Of a stretch of DNA of 64,000 bases, positions 1 to 13,760 are shown piece by piece. The notes under the pieces were generated by a model. The model saw nothing but the letters and a program-made list of their open reading frames with translations, did no database searches and was not told the origin of the DNA. The translations under genes and the position numbers were made by a program. Within the stretch, counting starts at the first letter, position 1; each line of letters opens with the position of its first letter. The stretch spans positions 97,588,001 to 97,652,000 of the forward strand of contig OZ024745.1 in NCBI GenBank assembly GCA_964016885.1, read 5' to 3'. This DNA comes from Eledone cirrhosa (Eukaryota).

Positions 1-934
1 CTGAAAGGTGAATGAGTGGTGAACATGGTCCGAGTGAACAGGCCAGCTCTGCGTAAAAAAGAATTGAAAGGGGGAGCACTTGCCCAAATGGTCAGAGTGG
101 CCGTAGTTTTTAGTGAGTGACCCTCGGAAATCTCCCCCTTATTGGAAAAATTTCTGTTTTAAATTAGATGTTCTTTTTGTAGTATTTCTAAACGAAAAAA
201 AACGTACACAGTACCGTCCGTAATGTTTTCTTGTGAACCCTTTGTGGTTAATAAAGAAATTATCGTTTTGACCTTAATAAATAGTATTAATCATAATAAT
301 AATGGTATTTTGTGTCTATGAAATCTTTTCCTTTATTTTTCAAATCAGCCAAAAAAACAAGTTTTGATAATCGGAGATTAGAAAAAAATGTTGAAACTAT
401 ATTTGGAAGTCTACTTTTGACAGCAAAAAAAAACAAAAACTAATAAACAACGTTGCTTTGCTAGCAGCTTTAAAAAACGTCTGCGATCATAACACACTAT
501 ACAGAGAGCGAGAGAGCAATAGGCAGATGATGGCAAATAATATAAACAGCGGCGGGCTACATAGACAGTTAAATAACATAAAGTAGGTAGACATAGCTAA
601 ATAGATATCTTTCTAAATAGATAGATGGTTAGTTAGAGATAACAACAATTTGAAGTTTAATGATAGTGTAAAAGTATAGAGGAAGAAGACAGAACATGCT
701 GACTAGGAAGAACAAAGAAAAAGTGTCGTTTGTGTAACTTTGTTTTTGTCTGTTGTCTACGAAACATGAACTGACATTTGATTCTAAGAGATACTGATTA
801 TCAGCATCAATTTCAGATTTCAACTGACCAAAAATACATAAATCAACTTCTACACCATATATATTATATACTCACATGTATGTGTGTGTGTAAGGTGTTT
901 TGTGTACAAAAACGTACGTGGAGCAATCAAATAC

Positions 935-1092
935 TGAATGAGCACTCAATAGAAGTGATCTGAATATAAATATTGTTTTTCGAAAAAAAAAAAAAAAAAA
1001 AAAAAAAAGGTGGTGACGTCGAAAGCTACGGTTTTGACCCTTTCAATTGCCTGAAGAGGCAAAACTGAAACTTCGAAGTCACTGCCATCCAT
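935..1092. mobile_element. Fold-back remnant of a Penelope-like terminus with degenerate hammerhead core
   Basis: Imperfect inverted repeat ggtggtgacgtcgaagctacggttttgacc / ggcaaaactgaaacttcgaagtcactgcc. Right arm has CTGAAGA (1051)...GAAA-CTTCGAAG-TC with palindromic stem III; stem I is not restored. ATTGAGTGCT motif on the minus strand near 941-950. Confidence 0.45.
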
Positions 1093-2454
1093 TTCTTCGA
1101 ATATATATATATATATATATATAGTATGTGTGTGTGGTTGTGTAGTATATATGTGTGTGGTATATTTCAAATACGTATTTATATATAGTAAAAATAACAA
1201 TGAGAATGTAACTTTTATTTTATTTTATTTTCTTCAAGTAACAAAGTGTTTTTAATAACAACATAAAGAGGATTTAAGTGTGAATAGAATTAAACTATGA
1301 TTAAAAAGTGTATTTATATATATAAACATGAATATACGTAAACAGCTTTCAAACGTAACTTCGCAGATTGGCGCGCATGTTTTCCATCACCAAACAGCAT
1401 GGTGCATTTGTGTTAGTATAGGTTACATATTATATGATGTGAACAATGTAAATCGTGTGTGCCTATGTTGTGTGAATATGTTTTGTGTAAAAATTGTGTT
1501 TATAAAAATGTTTGTTCTTCTTGTTTATATATTAAAATATGTTTAACTTTCAACATTTCATGTTGACAGAGCACATACAAAACGAGGGCAAATCTTTGTA
1601 AGAATACAATCAAAATGTTTGGAGCACATTATACCACTGGTATTAATTCTAACAATTTTCACATCCCAGTAACATTATAAAGAAAATTCGCATCTTTAAT
1701 CCTATGTTCAGTTGGTGCAAATCTACATAATAGACATTCAACAACATCAATAATTAAACAAAAAAAAAACAATAACAAAATAATGACTAAAAAATATAAC
1801 TGATTAAATATGTATGCTCCAGCATGGTCAGAACGACAATAATTTAAATAAAATAAGAGTTTATAAAAAAAGATACACGAAATATACATACACGGGCACA
1901 CACATTGATAGAGATACACTAAATAAAATTAGACATACACTAAATAAAATTAGACAAAGAAAACTTGGCATGAGAAAAATATATAACTATCCCAACACAA
2001 CATAAATACATAAATTTAACTTAATGAGAAATAACCAGGATAGAATCTTCAACATAATTAACAACAATTAAAACAATCACAAAGATATAATATAAACATT
2101 AAATTATACATAGACAATATACCGTATAAAACTTAGAGGGCCAAAAATACACATCAGTGTGGTTGTCTTATCTAATGATAACCATTAAATTAGAGAGTAA
2201 CGAATTAATTAAAATTTATATTTATTATCAGTTAAATTGTTAAATTGCAAATATTTGTCTTTTTTGTTTTTGTTTTGATTATTTTTTATTTGTTGTTTTT
2301 CTTGTGAAACAAGATATTAGGATGTGTACTAAGGTTTCTTAGACCTACATAGGTTTTAAACAGTATATATAAATATATATATCCGAAGAAAAGGCGGATG
2401 GGAGGAAAATTAGAAAACAAAGAGAGAAAAAACATTAAAAGTGGTGTGTAAGAA

Positions 2455-2580
2455 ACAGGCTGACCTGGTATTCAAGTGTGCTAGGGAAGAAACTATCGTT
2501 CATATGTTTTTGCTTCTAAGGCAGACTAAGCAATATCTCTCGTCCACTTTGGGGATATTTTTTCTCTCTGGTAATATATA
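2455..2580 (+). mobile_element. Possible short L1/Tx1 ORF2 C-terminal fragment
   Basis: Translates as KCAREETIVHMFL, resembling the CxxC..ET..H zinc motif at LINE ORF2 C-termini. Short and decayed. Confidence 0.25.
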
Positions 2581-3769
2581 GTATAGTAAGTTCTCCTTTT
2601 GCCGACATAAGGGGCCAGTTGATAACGATGACGATTGAGATGTACTTCTCTCCTTTTAGACATTTGGTGACACTAAATAAATTAGATGATGAAGATACGA
2701 TGACGATATGAGTATGATGCCGTTAAGGCTGCTTCTTTCTTTCCACATTACTAAAACTGTTTGAAAACGGATACATGTGTGCGTATGTATGTGTCTGTGT
2801 ATCAGTGAGCGAGCTGGCAGGAGTGCGAGAGAGAATGTGTCTGTGTGTATGTATGTGTCTGTGTATCAATAAGTGAGCTGGCGAGAGTGCGTCTGTGTCT
2901 GTGTATCAGTGAGTGAGCTGACAGGAGTGCGCGAGAGAGAGAGTGTGTGTGTGTATGAGAGATGGAAGTTTAGCTTGAAAGACCGCCAGTCTGAGTGCAG
3001 TTGTGCTACACATGTGAATGTGTTTGTATGTGATTGTTTGTGTCTAAGCCCTCCTTCTCTATTAGTCTATGTGTTTGGGATGAGTGAAAGAGAGAAAGAG
3101 TAAGTAACTGAAAGAGAATGGGGAAAGTATGAGGAAGGTATGATTGTGATTTTGTATGTGTATGTGTGTGCGCGCGAATAAATGAGAGTACGTGATGAAA
3201 TGAGTGGAGGTAAGAGAAAAGACTGAGTGAGACTTTGTGCTTGTATTTGTTCATTAGATAATTTGTTTATTTGAATGTGGGTTGTTTGTGTGCACAAATA
3301 AGACTATACTTATATTTATTTAGTGCATTATTCAGTGAATGTGTGCGTGTCGGCCGCTATAAGAGTGCGTGTGTTTTTGTAGAGCCTTGTGTTAGTGCAT
3401 CAACCAGCTTATAGTTGTGTATGTGTTAGTGCATCAGTCAGCTTACAGTCGTGTATGTGTATGTTTGTGTGTGTATGTATGTTTAAATGTCTACCTTTGT
3501 GTGTGTAGTAGCGAATACTCATACGATTTTACCTTTAAACAATGTCATTTACTAATATATTTGTCGATCGTGATGATGTTTCTATTTATTATATTGAAGT
3601 TGATGTTCTTACTGATGTTGTCGCAGTTTCTTTCTTCATCTTGTTTCGTTTTATTTTTCAACTTTACAAGAAAATATTCTCATTTATATTTACAATGGTG
3701 TTAGAGGTTATGTTGACAGTAGTGATGTTGATGAAGGCGGTGCCAAAGAAGTTTATCAACAAAAGCTTA

Positions 3770-4299
3770 AGATGAAGATGATGGTCATGGTTATGATGAT
3801 GACAGTGGTGGTGATGGTGGTGGTGGTGGCGGTAGTGGTGATGGTGGTGATAGTAGTGACGGTAGTGGCAGCCGTAGTGGTGATGATGGTAGTGCTAGTG
3901 GTGATGGTGGTGGTTGTGTTAGTGATGGTGGTCCTCGTCGTTTTCGTTGTCGTTGTGGTAGGAGGTGAGGGGCTATATAAGAGTGTGGGGGAGATTGTAT
4001 TGGCGGTAGCGGTGTGGTATTATTGGATGTTGTTGCTCGAGGTCAATATTAGTTCAGTAGACTTATTATGATCAAAGACATTTTACCATTGACCATCTTG
4101 TCTTTTTGTTGGCCAATCTGCCTTTCCTTTTTTAAGATAGTAAATCTCAAGATATGACTTGAGGGAAATTTAGTTGCTATTTCTAGCAGGTCAAACGACC
4201 GTGTGCAGGCTCCCACGGTGCCTCACGTTATTGGATGTTAAAAATCGTTGTTGTTATTGGGTGATGAAAGTTGACAGATGACAACGTTGTTGTTGGTGA

Positions 4300-4330
<31 letters not shown>

Positions 4331-4450
4331 AGTGGTGATGAGGATGATGATGGTGATAGAGGAGTGAAAGTTGTGTTGATAGTGATGAAGATGGTACTGG
4401 TGGCGATGATGATAGTGAACGATGATGATCGTGATGGTGAGTGGAAATGG
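3770..4450. repeat. (GGT/GAT)n low-complexity tracts with an interspersed repeat fragment at ~4070-4230
   Basis: Trinucleotide runs. The middle segment has ttagttgctatttctagcagg, similar to tttggttgatatttctctagc near 36005. Confidence 0.6.
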
Positions 4451-5808
4451 ATGTTTGTTTTGCTTCTCCCTCACACCTCACAATAAAAGAAAAATTTATC
4501 TTTAAAAAAAGCAATTAAAAAATAGAAAGAGAGTAAGTGAGAGGGAGATTGTTATGGCACCCTTTCGGTTGCTGCAAGGCATATTAGTATTACTATTGTT
4601 ATTATTTTTATTATTATTGCTGCCTCGATCGTCATCTACTTTCCAACTAACTACACGTGGGTTCGCCACGGCACACCGTCATTTTTCGCTCTATGTTCAA
4701 AATGTGGTTGTGTTATGTATGTCTATGTATATATGCGTGTATGAATATATATATATATATATATGCATGTATGTATATATATATGTGTGTGTGTGTGTGT
4801 GTGCATGTATGTATGCTGCGCGAGTTTAATAATTTGTGTAACATTAATTCAGCAAAGAATTATATATATAGAGAGAGATAGATAGATAGAGAGAGAGAGG
4901 GGGGGTTCGTGTGTGGAAACGAGTGAAAGAAAGAAACAAAGAAAAGATAGTCTTCCGTTGTTTGGTTGAATGTATTTATAGGTATAATGTGATTGAATCT
5001 GTGTATATGTTCATGTGTGTGTGTGGTGTGTTTAAGTAGTATCATTGAATGTATGTGTATGTTTATGAAAATGTCTAGTCTTAGTGTGGCTGAGTTGAGA
5101 GTGAATGAGATTGAGTGAGGGAGGAGACTGTCTTTGTGTGGTGAGAGACTGAGCCTTTGTGTGAGATTTCGCTTGTGTGTGTATGTGAACTGAGAGGAGA
5201 CTGCTGTTAAAGAAAATAGATGGTCTGTGTGTGTATATGTATATTTAAATACACCAATATATACGTGAGACCAACTGTGTCATTATCTAGTCTTAACTAA
5301 AAAGAGTCAGATATCTGTATGTGTATTTATATCAGTTTGTGTATGAGGCTGTATTTAAGAGTGTAATAGTGTTTGTGGTGTCTGTATCAGATTTCGTGTA
5401 TATGCTAGTGGACGTTTGTTCATGTTTGTGTACCGAAGTCTAGTTGTGAAGGTGTACATGTGTATGAGTTGAATTTTGTGTGAGAAAGATACTAAATGTA
5501 TGTATGTATATATAGCTCACTATAGTGCGTGTGTCTATCTCAGCAGTCACGTACATTCATCTATATAAGTTGTGTCAAATATTTTTCTGTTCACTAATTG
5601 TTTTTAACAATATATATATATATATATATATGTGTATATATACTTTTCATATGTGTATATATACTTTTCATTTATATATGTGTGTGTATATATATAAATA
5701 TATTGTGTATATATGTGTGTGTGTATGTCTAACAATATATTATGTATATGTGTGTATATGTATATAAATATATTTTGTATATATATGTATATGTAAATAT
5801 ATATCTAA

Positions 5809-5842
<34 letters not shown>

Positions 5843-6193
5843 AAATGAGAACATGTTTGTGTGTGTGTAAGTTTACATTCAATATGAATAGTTGTCTCTA
5901 TGTGTGTGTGAGCATTTAAATGTTTACTTACACATTTGTATGTTTGGTTAAGTATTTCTATTCTATGAAGTTTTATTTGTAATTGTTTCATATATTAGTA
6001 GCTGCCTATATATATGTGTGGTGCAGTATGTGTATTTGTGTTTGTGCGTGCAAGACAATATTAATAAATATGTCAAACAATTTTTATGTAAGCATATAAA
6101 TTCTATAAAAATATTAACTGGGTGGTTAAAGAGTTCGTTTATATACACACACATCCTTACATATATATTTATATATATATATATATGTATATA

Positions 6194-6465
6194 TAAACAA
6201 GAAAGACGGTTTCATTTGTACATCCCTATTTACTTTTTTATATTTATTTCAAAGACATGAGGCAGTTGTATAACAACTGCCCTACGTGTTCTCTTCATAC
6301 AACTGCCTTACATCTTTGAAATACGTATAACAAAATAAATAGGGATGTACAAATGAAACCGTTTTTCTTGTTTATTATTAAAATAAAACTCCGGACGAAC
6401 AAAAATCGTGGAGTGCTAAAAAAAAAGTTGGCAGATTTTCAATCAACCAACTTTCTTCAGTTGAA
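6194..6465. mobile_element. Fold-back mini-element carrying the 3' half of a hammerhead
   Basis: Inverted arms 6194-6270 / 6297-6374. Right arm has GAAA-TACGTA-TA (palindromic stem III plus cleavage triplet), then GTGGAGTGCT near 6408. Flanked by TA runs. Confidence 0.6.
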
Positions 6466-6473
6466 TATATATG

Positions 6474-6652
<179 letters not shown>

Positions 6653-6672
6653 ATCTTTTTTATATCTCGTAA

Positions 6673-6790
6673 CCTAGCGGTCCGATAAAAAAGCGGTTGA
6701 TAAAATAAGTACCAAACTTGAAAGGAAAAAGTAATGGGATCGATATTAATCGACTAAAATTAAGGTGTGCTCCAGCACAGCCACAATTAA
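6673..6790 (+). mobile_element. SINE fragment (octopus OR-like body)
   Basis: gataaaataagtacc...gggatcgat..atcgactaaaat..aagg.gtgctccagca core; the gataaaat..agtacc part is shared with other SINE copies in the window. Confidence 0.6.
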
Positions 6791-7268
6791 TTGTCATTTT
6801 ATTGTATATACCGATCTCTAAGTGTATGTATGTGTGTCAATCTATTTACAAATCAGCCTGTATATTTATATACCTGATTCTGTATGTGTGCCTGTCTGTT
6901 TGTGAGTTTGTATTTTGATATATATATATATTATGTGTGTGTGTGTGTCACTAATTCTGTGTATCTGAAACTCGGAATGAATTACTGTGTAAATATTTTA
7001 TATGTGTATCTTAGAATATGTCAACAATTCTGTATGTGTTTGATAGAATGTTACCCTGTATGTTGTATATGTTAGTGTGCATCCACGCACGTATACGTTA
7101 GGGTGTGTGTATTTATGTGTGTATGTGTGTGTGTGTGTGTGTGTGGTTTATTGTCTGCTACTGACTGGTTACCTCCCTTCCTGTCTGTCAGTCCGCCACC
7201 ACTTTCAGCCTCGTTGACAACGATCAATACGGAAATAGTGGGGTCGGGAACTGGAAGTAGTAGTAGTA

Positions 7269-7324
<56 letters not shown>

Positions 7325-7461
7325 GGTGTTGGTGGTAGCGTTCGTAGAAGTACTAAGTTGATGCGAAAATGACACAGGCAGACAACTTACCTCCCACAGA
7401 CTCAGACACAGATACACAAACAAATATGTGTGTGTACAAACAAAACCGTATATACATATAT

Positions 7462-7830
7462 ATATATTAATAAATGGAAACTATATTTATAAAACCATAA
7501 TTATTTTATTATATATATTTCAAGGGCAACAAAGGCAAATTATGGTGCGCTTTCATCAGATAAAATACAGATTTGTTTTATAAATAAATATTGACATACC
7601 CGGAAAAAAGACAACCTTAACAGTTGAAGTTCCCTGTATTTTATCTGATGAAAGCGCACCATAATTTGCTTTGGTTGCCCTTGAAATATATATAAAATAA
7701 TTTTGGTTTTATAAATATAGTTTCCATTTATTAATATATTGAATATTTACTCAACTAGATTGTTGAGTGCTTTATATCAGTTATAAAATGTTTAAGCTTG
7801 TTGAATCCCAACAAATTAAATATAACCTCT

Positions 7831-7834
<4 letters not shown>
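7462..7834. mobile_element. Fold-back Penelope-like mini-element with a hammerhead in each arm
   Basis: Inverted arms 7462-7570 / 7634-7739, then a tail with GTTGAGTGCT (~7762). Flanked by TA runs on both sides. Confidence 0.8.
7502..7567 (-). ncRNA. Type I hammerhead ribozyme (minimal, palindromic stem III)
   Basis: Minus strand reads tattttat-CTGATGA-aagcgca...tgccctt-GAAA-TATATA-TA-ataaaata. Stem I is 8 bp; stem II has mismatches. The plus-strand copy at 7637-7699 has lost ~3 nt at the cleavage site. Confidence 0.75.
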
Positions 7835-7890
<56 letters not shown>

Positions 7891-8306
7891 AGAAGAAGTT
7901 TATACCCGCATTTCCATTTCATAAACTTCTCCATATTTTCTCCGGATTTTAAAACACACTTTATTATACGTTGAGCAATCTCTGACGTCGGTTGACTCCA
8001 TCCAATGCAACTACTTAGTAACATTGGAATACAAATTTACTAATATATATATATATATATATATATATAATGATAAACTTAGGAAAATTAACCAAGTGAG
8101 GACAGACAAGACAACGAACGAAAACAAGGCAAAACGAAAAACAATTTTTTTAAGGGGAAATCTTTAAAAAATATTTTTTTAAAATAAAAATACAAACGAA
8201 AGACAGAACTTCGGGATTATCGGCCGTTGACGTTGATTTTGGCAGTTTCGACCCCTACTAACAGTACTGCTGATCCAACCGGAGTCACATTATATAGATA
8301 CGTGGA

Positions 8307-8486
8307 TTGGCAGTATCAGTAGAGGGTCGGACGCCATGCTTTCCAGCATAGTTACGTCCCTTTACGATCTGAGTTCAAATCCCGCCGAGGTTAATTTTGC
8401 CTTTCATCCTTACGGGGTCGATAAAATAAAGTACCAGTAATGCACTGGATAATTGCTGGCCTTGTGCCTAAAGTAGAGACAATTAT
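8307..8486 (+). mobile_element. tRNA-derived SINE (OK-like)
   Basis: A-box-like tggcagtatcagtag, B-box gagttcaaatcc, body gataaaataaagtaccag, tail gtagagacaattat; near-identical to the copy at 56251-56435. Confidence 0.9.
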
Positions 8487-8502
8487 ATAGATACATGACG
8501 GG

Positions 8503-8536
<34 letters not shown>

Positions 8537-8769
8537 TTGTGTGTGTGTATCAATATCTATATATAATGAAAAATAAAAGTTACGGGCGAAAGAGAGGAAT
8601 ACAGCTCGCCATTTTATTTATATCTATATATATATAGATATGTGTGTGTTAAACCTAGCGAGAATTAAGTACCTGTGTATGTCACTTGTAACTAATTATG
8701 TATATATATGTATGTGTGTGTGTGTGTGTGTAACTTTAATAACTTTGATACGTTTCGGCCAGTATTGGC

Positions 8770-9245
8770 CCAGACCATGTCTAACTTAATAGCACTACCT
8801 GGCGAAGTCCTTCGAATCAGGATTTGGACATCATGGCCCACTCAAGTAGAGAATTATTGTTTACGGAGATCCGTGTGTAGAAGGTTTATCCAGGATTCCT
8901 TGGAGGAATTTGTCCAAAGACATTTTGAATGTTATGGGATATGTTTCTGTTTTGATGTGTTTTGGTGTAAAGTTTAAGAGAGCAGGACCAGTTGAGGTGA
9001 AATAATTGTGCCGTAATGTTGTTATGAGATGCGAGTTTGATTTTTGTTGTGGGTGGATAGCACGGGGCCCAAGTCTTAGGTGTACTTTAAAGATGCCAAC
9101 ATTATTTGGGCAATGCTGATGGAATATTTTCCACATCATGCATATAATGTAACGTTCACGGGGGCGTTGGAGAGAGTAGAGTTTGAGCTTTTCCAGTCGT
9201 CCCCAATAGTCAAGCCGTCTAGCTTCTTTGAGGTTGACCTTTGAG
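8770..9245 (-). mobile_element. CR1/L2-group LINE 3' fragment
   Basis: Minus strand reads LDYWGRLEKLKLYSLQRPRERY then MMWKI...FKMSLDKFL, typical of the CR1-group ORF2 C-terminus. Confidence 0.75.
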
Positions 9246-9357
9246 GTGCTTCAATTTTCATAATACTTTGTTTCGGCCATCAACAACATAAACTATATAC
9301 AAATTTCGTGGTTTGTATGTATGCTTGTTTATATGTCCAATAATCTTGATATACAGG

Positions 9358-9657
9358 CAAGGGCCTTGTTTCAAGGATGGGGAGGGGGGGGTGTACCAGG
9401 GGACAAGTCCCCCCCCCACCCCCACACACATTTTTTCAAACGTCTATATCTTATTTTTTTTTATTTGATATAATAAATTCTTTTTAAACTTATTGTTTTA
9501 TATCTGAACTTCATTTGAATATATAAAATTTAATTAGCGTAAAATTTTACTTATGTGATAGGATCCGGGAAAGGCACCATAAGCAATTTATGGTCCTTTA
9601 AGAAGCAACAAATGTTGGTTTGTCCCTCTTACATATTTAAGGCAAACGAGGCCCCTG
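9358..9657. mobile_element. Possible MITE with short terminal inverted repeats
   Basis: Left caagggccttgttt matches the reverse complement of right aaacgaggcccctg; no clear TSD. Confidence 0.4.
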
Positions 9658-9934
9658 TATATAAGATATACCAATCCGGGACGCCAAAACATAAATGTAT
9701 TCAACGCTATTTCCGTCCTTACTGATGGCACTGCTCCGCTAGTTACACAATATTTTAGGTAAAAATAACACCTGCTACTATTTCTTTATTATTCTGTTCC
9801 CATAGTTGATAACTTTATAAATGTTGAACTCCTGCCGACCAGAATATGTCCCAGTGTCATTCAATTATGGTTGATTGTGAGATAGTTTGCTTTGGTTTGT
9901 ATTTTCCACTGAACAAACAAAAACAATCTCTTCC

Positions 9935-11427
9935 ACCATTGCCAATATCTTCATTGTAACCAACACAACCATTACCACCGCCAACACCCTCAACCTCACC
10001 ACCACCATCACCATCATTATCACCGTTCTTAACAGCCATCATCACCATCTTCACTATTACCACCACAACAACCACCACCATCTTCACTATTACCATCACA
10101 ACAACCACCACCGTCTTCTTCACTATCACCAACACAACCATTACCACCACCAACAACACTACCACCATCACCACCATCATCACCATCTTCTATTACCACC
10201 ACAACCACCACCATCTTCTTCACTATCACCAACACAACCATCCCCACCATCATCACCACCATCTTCACCACCGTCACCACCCTCACCACTATTACCACCA
10301 TCTTCTCTATCACTAACACAACCATTACCACCATCACCACCACCAGCAACATCATCACCACCATCACCATCACCACCACCATCATCACCACCACTACCAT
10401 TACAACTATGACCACCACCAACATCACCACCACCATTACCATCACCATTACCACCACCATCACCACCATCACTACTACCATTACCACCATCACTACCACC
10501 ATCACCACAACACCATCATCACCATCACTATCTCCATCTTCACCACCATCATCATCACCACCCTCATCACTATCATCACCACCATCACCACCACCTTCAC
10601 TACTATCTCCACCTTCACCACCATCACCGCCATCACCACTACCTTCACTACTATCTCCACCTTCACCACCATCACCACCATCACCACTACCTTCACTACT
10701 ATCTCCACCTTCAACACCATCACCCTCACCACCTTTACCATCACCACCACCATCACCACCACCTTCACTACTATCTCCACCTTCACCACCATCACCACCA
10801 TCACCACCATCACCACCACCTTCACTACTATCTCCACCTTCAACACCATCACCACCATCACCACCACCTTCACTACTATCTCCACCTTCACCACCATCAC
10901 CCTCACCACCTTTACCATCACCACCATCACCACCACCTTCACCACCATCACCACCATCACCACCATCACCACCATCACCACTACCTTCACTACTATCTCC
11001 ACCTTCACCACCATCACCCTCACCACCTTTACCATCACCACCATCACCACCATCACCACCATCACCACCACCTTCACTACTATCTCCACCTTCACCACCA
11101 TCACCACCACCTTCACTACTATCTCTACCTTCACCACCATCACCCTCACCACCTTTACCATCACCACCATCACCACCATCACCACCACCTTCACTACTAT
11201 CTCCACCTTCACCACCATCACCACCATCACCACCATCACCACCACCTTCACTACTATCTCCACCTTCAACACCATCACCACCATCACCACCATCACCACC
11301 ACCTTCACTACTATCTCTACCTTCACCACCATCACCCTCACCACCTTTACCATCACCACCATCACCACCATCACCACCTTTACCATCACCACCATCACCA
11401 CCATCACCACCACCATCACCACTATCA
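9935..11427. repeat. (CAC/CAT)n-based compound minisatellite
   Basis: Recurring ccttcactactatctccacc and ccctcaccacctttacc modules embedded in caccatcac runs; explains the Pro/Ser- and Val/Met-rich ORFs. Confidence 0.95.
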
Positions 11428-11825
11428 CGTATAATTTTCGATTAAAGATTTTATCTGAAACAATCAGTTAACAGCCAGACAATAAATTTACGTCGTTTCT
11501 TTTGTGTGTTTTTTTTTCTTTTTTTTTTTTTTCCAAATAATGTTTTAGTTATTGAATGTATAAAAATATATTGTTGTACGCATCTGTGGCCATATTACAT
11601 ATCTCTAGACAGACACAGATGACCAGGTCACAAGTGTGTCACAGAAGAATGACCAGGACTGACTAGAACAGTAACTACAATAATGTTTATTTTAAATAGC
11701 CGTATTTTTAGGAGCGTTGAGCGATTTATGAAATTTTATTTCATATTAGCTTAGTTCACAGTTTCAACGAAAGTTTTTGACTATGAAAAATAGTCGAACA
11801 AGATAGGGGTATAATCCCCCTAGAG

Positions 11826-12229
11826 CAGTGCTTCTCAAACTATTTGATGTGGCGGACCGGCATTTTTTTTTTTTTCAATGTCTCACGTACCGCTAATATT
11901 TCGTAGTAATATTAATTTATACCGGAAACGATATATATAATGAATATAATTGTTTCTACTTTTGGCACAAGGCCAGCAATTATCACAGTGCATTACTGGT
12001 ACTTTATTTTATCGACCCCGTAAGGATGAAAGGCAAAGTTAACCTCGGCGGGTTTTGTTTTATCTTCCATTTATTTTGTAAACAAATAATACAATATCAA
12101 AACATAAAAAGGTAATCAAAAAAATTCCTCAAATGATTCCTTAGCATGGCCTGGACACTGGCCGCGTACCGGTAGCTGATGGCTCGCGTACCGGCACCGG
12201 TCCACGGACCACCACATTGAGTAGCACTG
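11826..12229. mobile_element. hAT (Charlie/MER5-like) MITE with a nested SINE fragment
   Basis: TIRs cagtgcttctcaa / ttgagtagcactg; 8-bp TSD ccctagag at 11818-11825 and 12230-12237; minus-strand OK-like SINE piece at ~11947-12053. Confidence 0.9.
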
Positions 12230-12256
12230 CCCTAGAGGCAGAAAAAGGTAGACCCT

Positions 12257-12360
12257 GTCTAATTCGTCGCTCTCCGGCAGGTTTGCGGTCGTGCCCTTGG
12301 CAGTGGAGACTTTTGGTGTCCTTAGCTCTAGGGCTACCTCCCTACTCACTACCATAGGCG
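12257..12360 (+). mobile_element. CRE-like LINE fragment
   Basis: Close match to 20319-20413 (tcgctctccg.caggttt.cggtcgt.ccc.tggcagtggagac...accataggcg). Confidence 0.85.
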
Positions 12361-12519
12361 TTTATTATCTATATATATGTCTTCATTATGACAATGTTTA
12401 ATACCCTAATTCGTTCAACTATATTTCATAGTCAAAACACCTGCGTTTAAGCAGTTAACTTTAAACTAGTATACGTTCAAAATATAATTTTAGTTATTGA
12501 ATATATCAGTGTATTTTGT

Positions 12520-12661
12520 CACGCGCTTGGCTGGTCGCACTTGGGGATCCAGCCGGATCAGTTGTAAACGGTTGCTTCTGACAAAACCCGCTGGAAGGAG
12601 TGTTTGAGGACTCTGCCCCCCACAACCCTCTCAGGAAAAAGTGGGTGAAGAAGAAGAGAAG
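12520..12661 (+). mobile_element. LINE 3'-end fragment with (GAA)n tail inserted in a 142-bp repeat unit
   Basis: GC-rich segment ending gtgggtgaagaagaagagaag interrupts the unit between ttttgtcac and aattgttatt. Confidence 0.5.
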
Positions 12662-12690
12662 AATTGTTATTGTATGACATATCTCTAGAC

Positions 12691-12947
12691 CAGAGGTTCT
12701 CAAAGTGGGCGTTAACACCCCCAAGGGGCGCTGGGGCCAAAGGGAACATGGGGGGGGGGTAGAGATGATATAATAGTATATTAAATATCAAATGATATAT
12801 ATTATATATAAATATAGTAAAATAAAAAAATATATATTATTTACAATTTGCGTGTATACAGGTCTTTCCGTAAATAGGGTTGGGGGTGCTGAGGGTATTA
12901 CATGGCCGTGGGGGGTGGTGGTGGCCCAAAACGTTTGAGAACCTCTG
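12691..12947. mobile_element. hAT (MER5-like) MITE
   Basis: Perfect 14-bp TIRs cagaggttctcaaa / tttgagaacctctg; 8-bp TSD ctctagac at 12683-12690 and 12948-12955. Confidence 0.95.
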
Positions 12948-13760
12948 CTCTAGACAGACAGCGATGACCAGGTCACAAGGACGAGGCAGAGATGAGTGAC
13001 CAGGACTGACCAGTACAGCTAGAACAGTGACTAAAATATTATTGAATTTATCAGAATATTTTGTCACACATTTGTTATTAGATCACAAATATATCTAGAC
13101 ACACACCGATGACCAGGTCACAAAGACGTGACAAAGATGAGTGACCAGGACTGCTAGAATAGTAACTAAAATATTATTATTTTAATTATTGAAAATGTCA
13201 GTGTATTTTATCACACAATTGTTATTACATCACTAATATCTCTAAACAGACACTGATGACCAGGTCACAAGGACGTGACAGAGATGAGTGACCAGGACTG
13301 ACCAGGACTGCTAGAACAGTGACTAAAATATTTAATTTATCAGAATATTTTGTCACACAATTGTTATTACATCACAAATATCTCCAGACAAACACCGATG
13401 ACCAGGTCACAAGGACGTGACAGAGATGAGTGACCAGGACTGACCAGGACTGCTAGAACAGTGACTAAAATATTTAATTTATCAGAATATTTTGTCACAC
13501 AATTGTTATTACATCACAAATATCTCCAGACAAACACCGATGACCAGGTCACAAGGACGTGACAGAGATGAGTGACCATGACTGACCAGGACTGCTAGAA
13601 CAGTGACTAAAATATTTAATTTATCAGAATATTTTGTCACACAATTGTTATTACATCACAAATATCTCTAGACAAACACCGATGACCAGGTCACAAGGAC
13701 GTGACAGAGATGAGTGACCAGAACTGACCAGGACTGCTAGAACAGTAACTAGAATAATAA
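12948..13760. repeat. 142-bp tandem repeat array (~6 units; extra diverged unit near 11590-11700)
   Basis: gatgaccaggtcacaaggacgtgacagag recurs at 13255, 13397, 13539, 13681 (period 142), with diverged units near 12964 and 13108. Confidence 0.95.

Noticed and set aside
10408-11445. 345-aa Pro/Ser-rich extensin-like ORF and the antisense Val/Met ORF
   Set aside because: Translation of a CAC/CAT minisatellite, open on both strands, with no unique coding context
13253-13300. CTGATGA followed by a hairpin in the 142-bp repeat as a hammerhead
   Set aside because: Only one unit has CTGATGA (most read CCGATGA), and no GAAA or stem III follows
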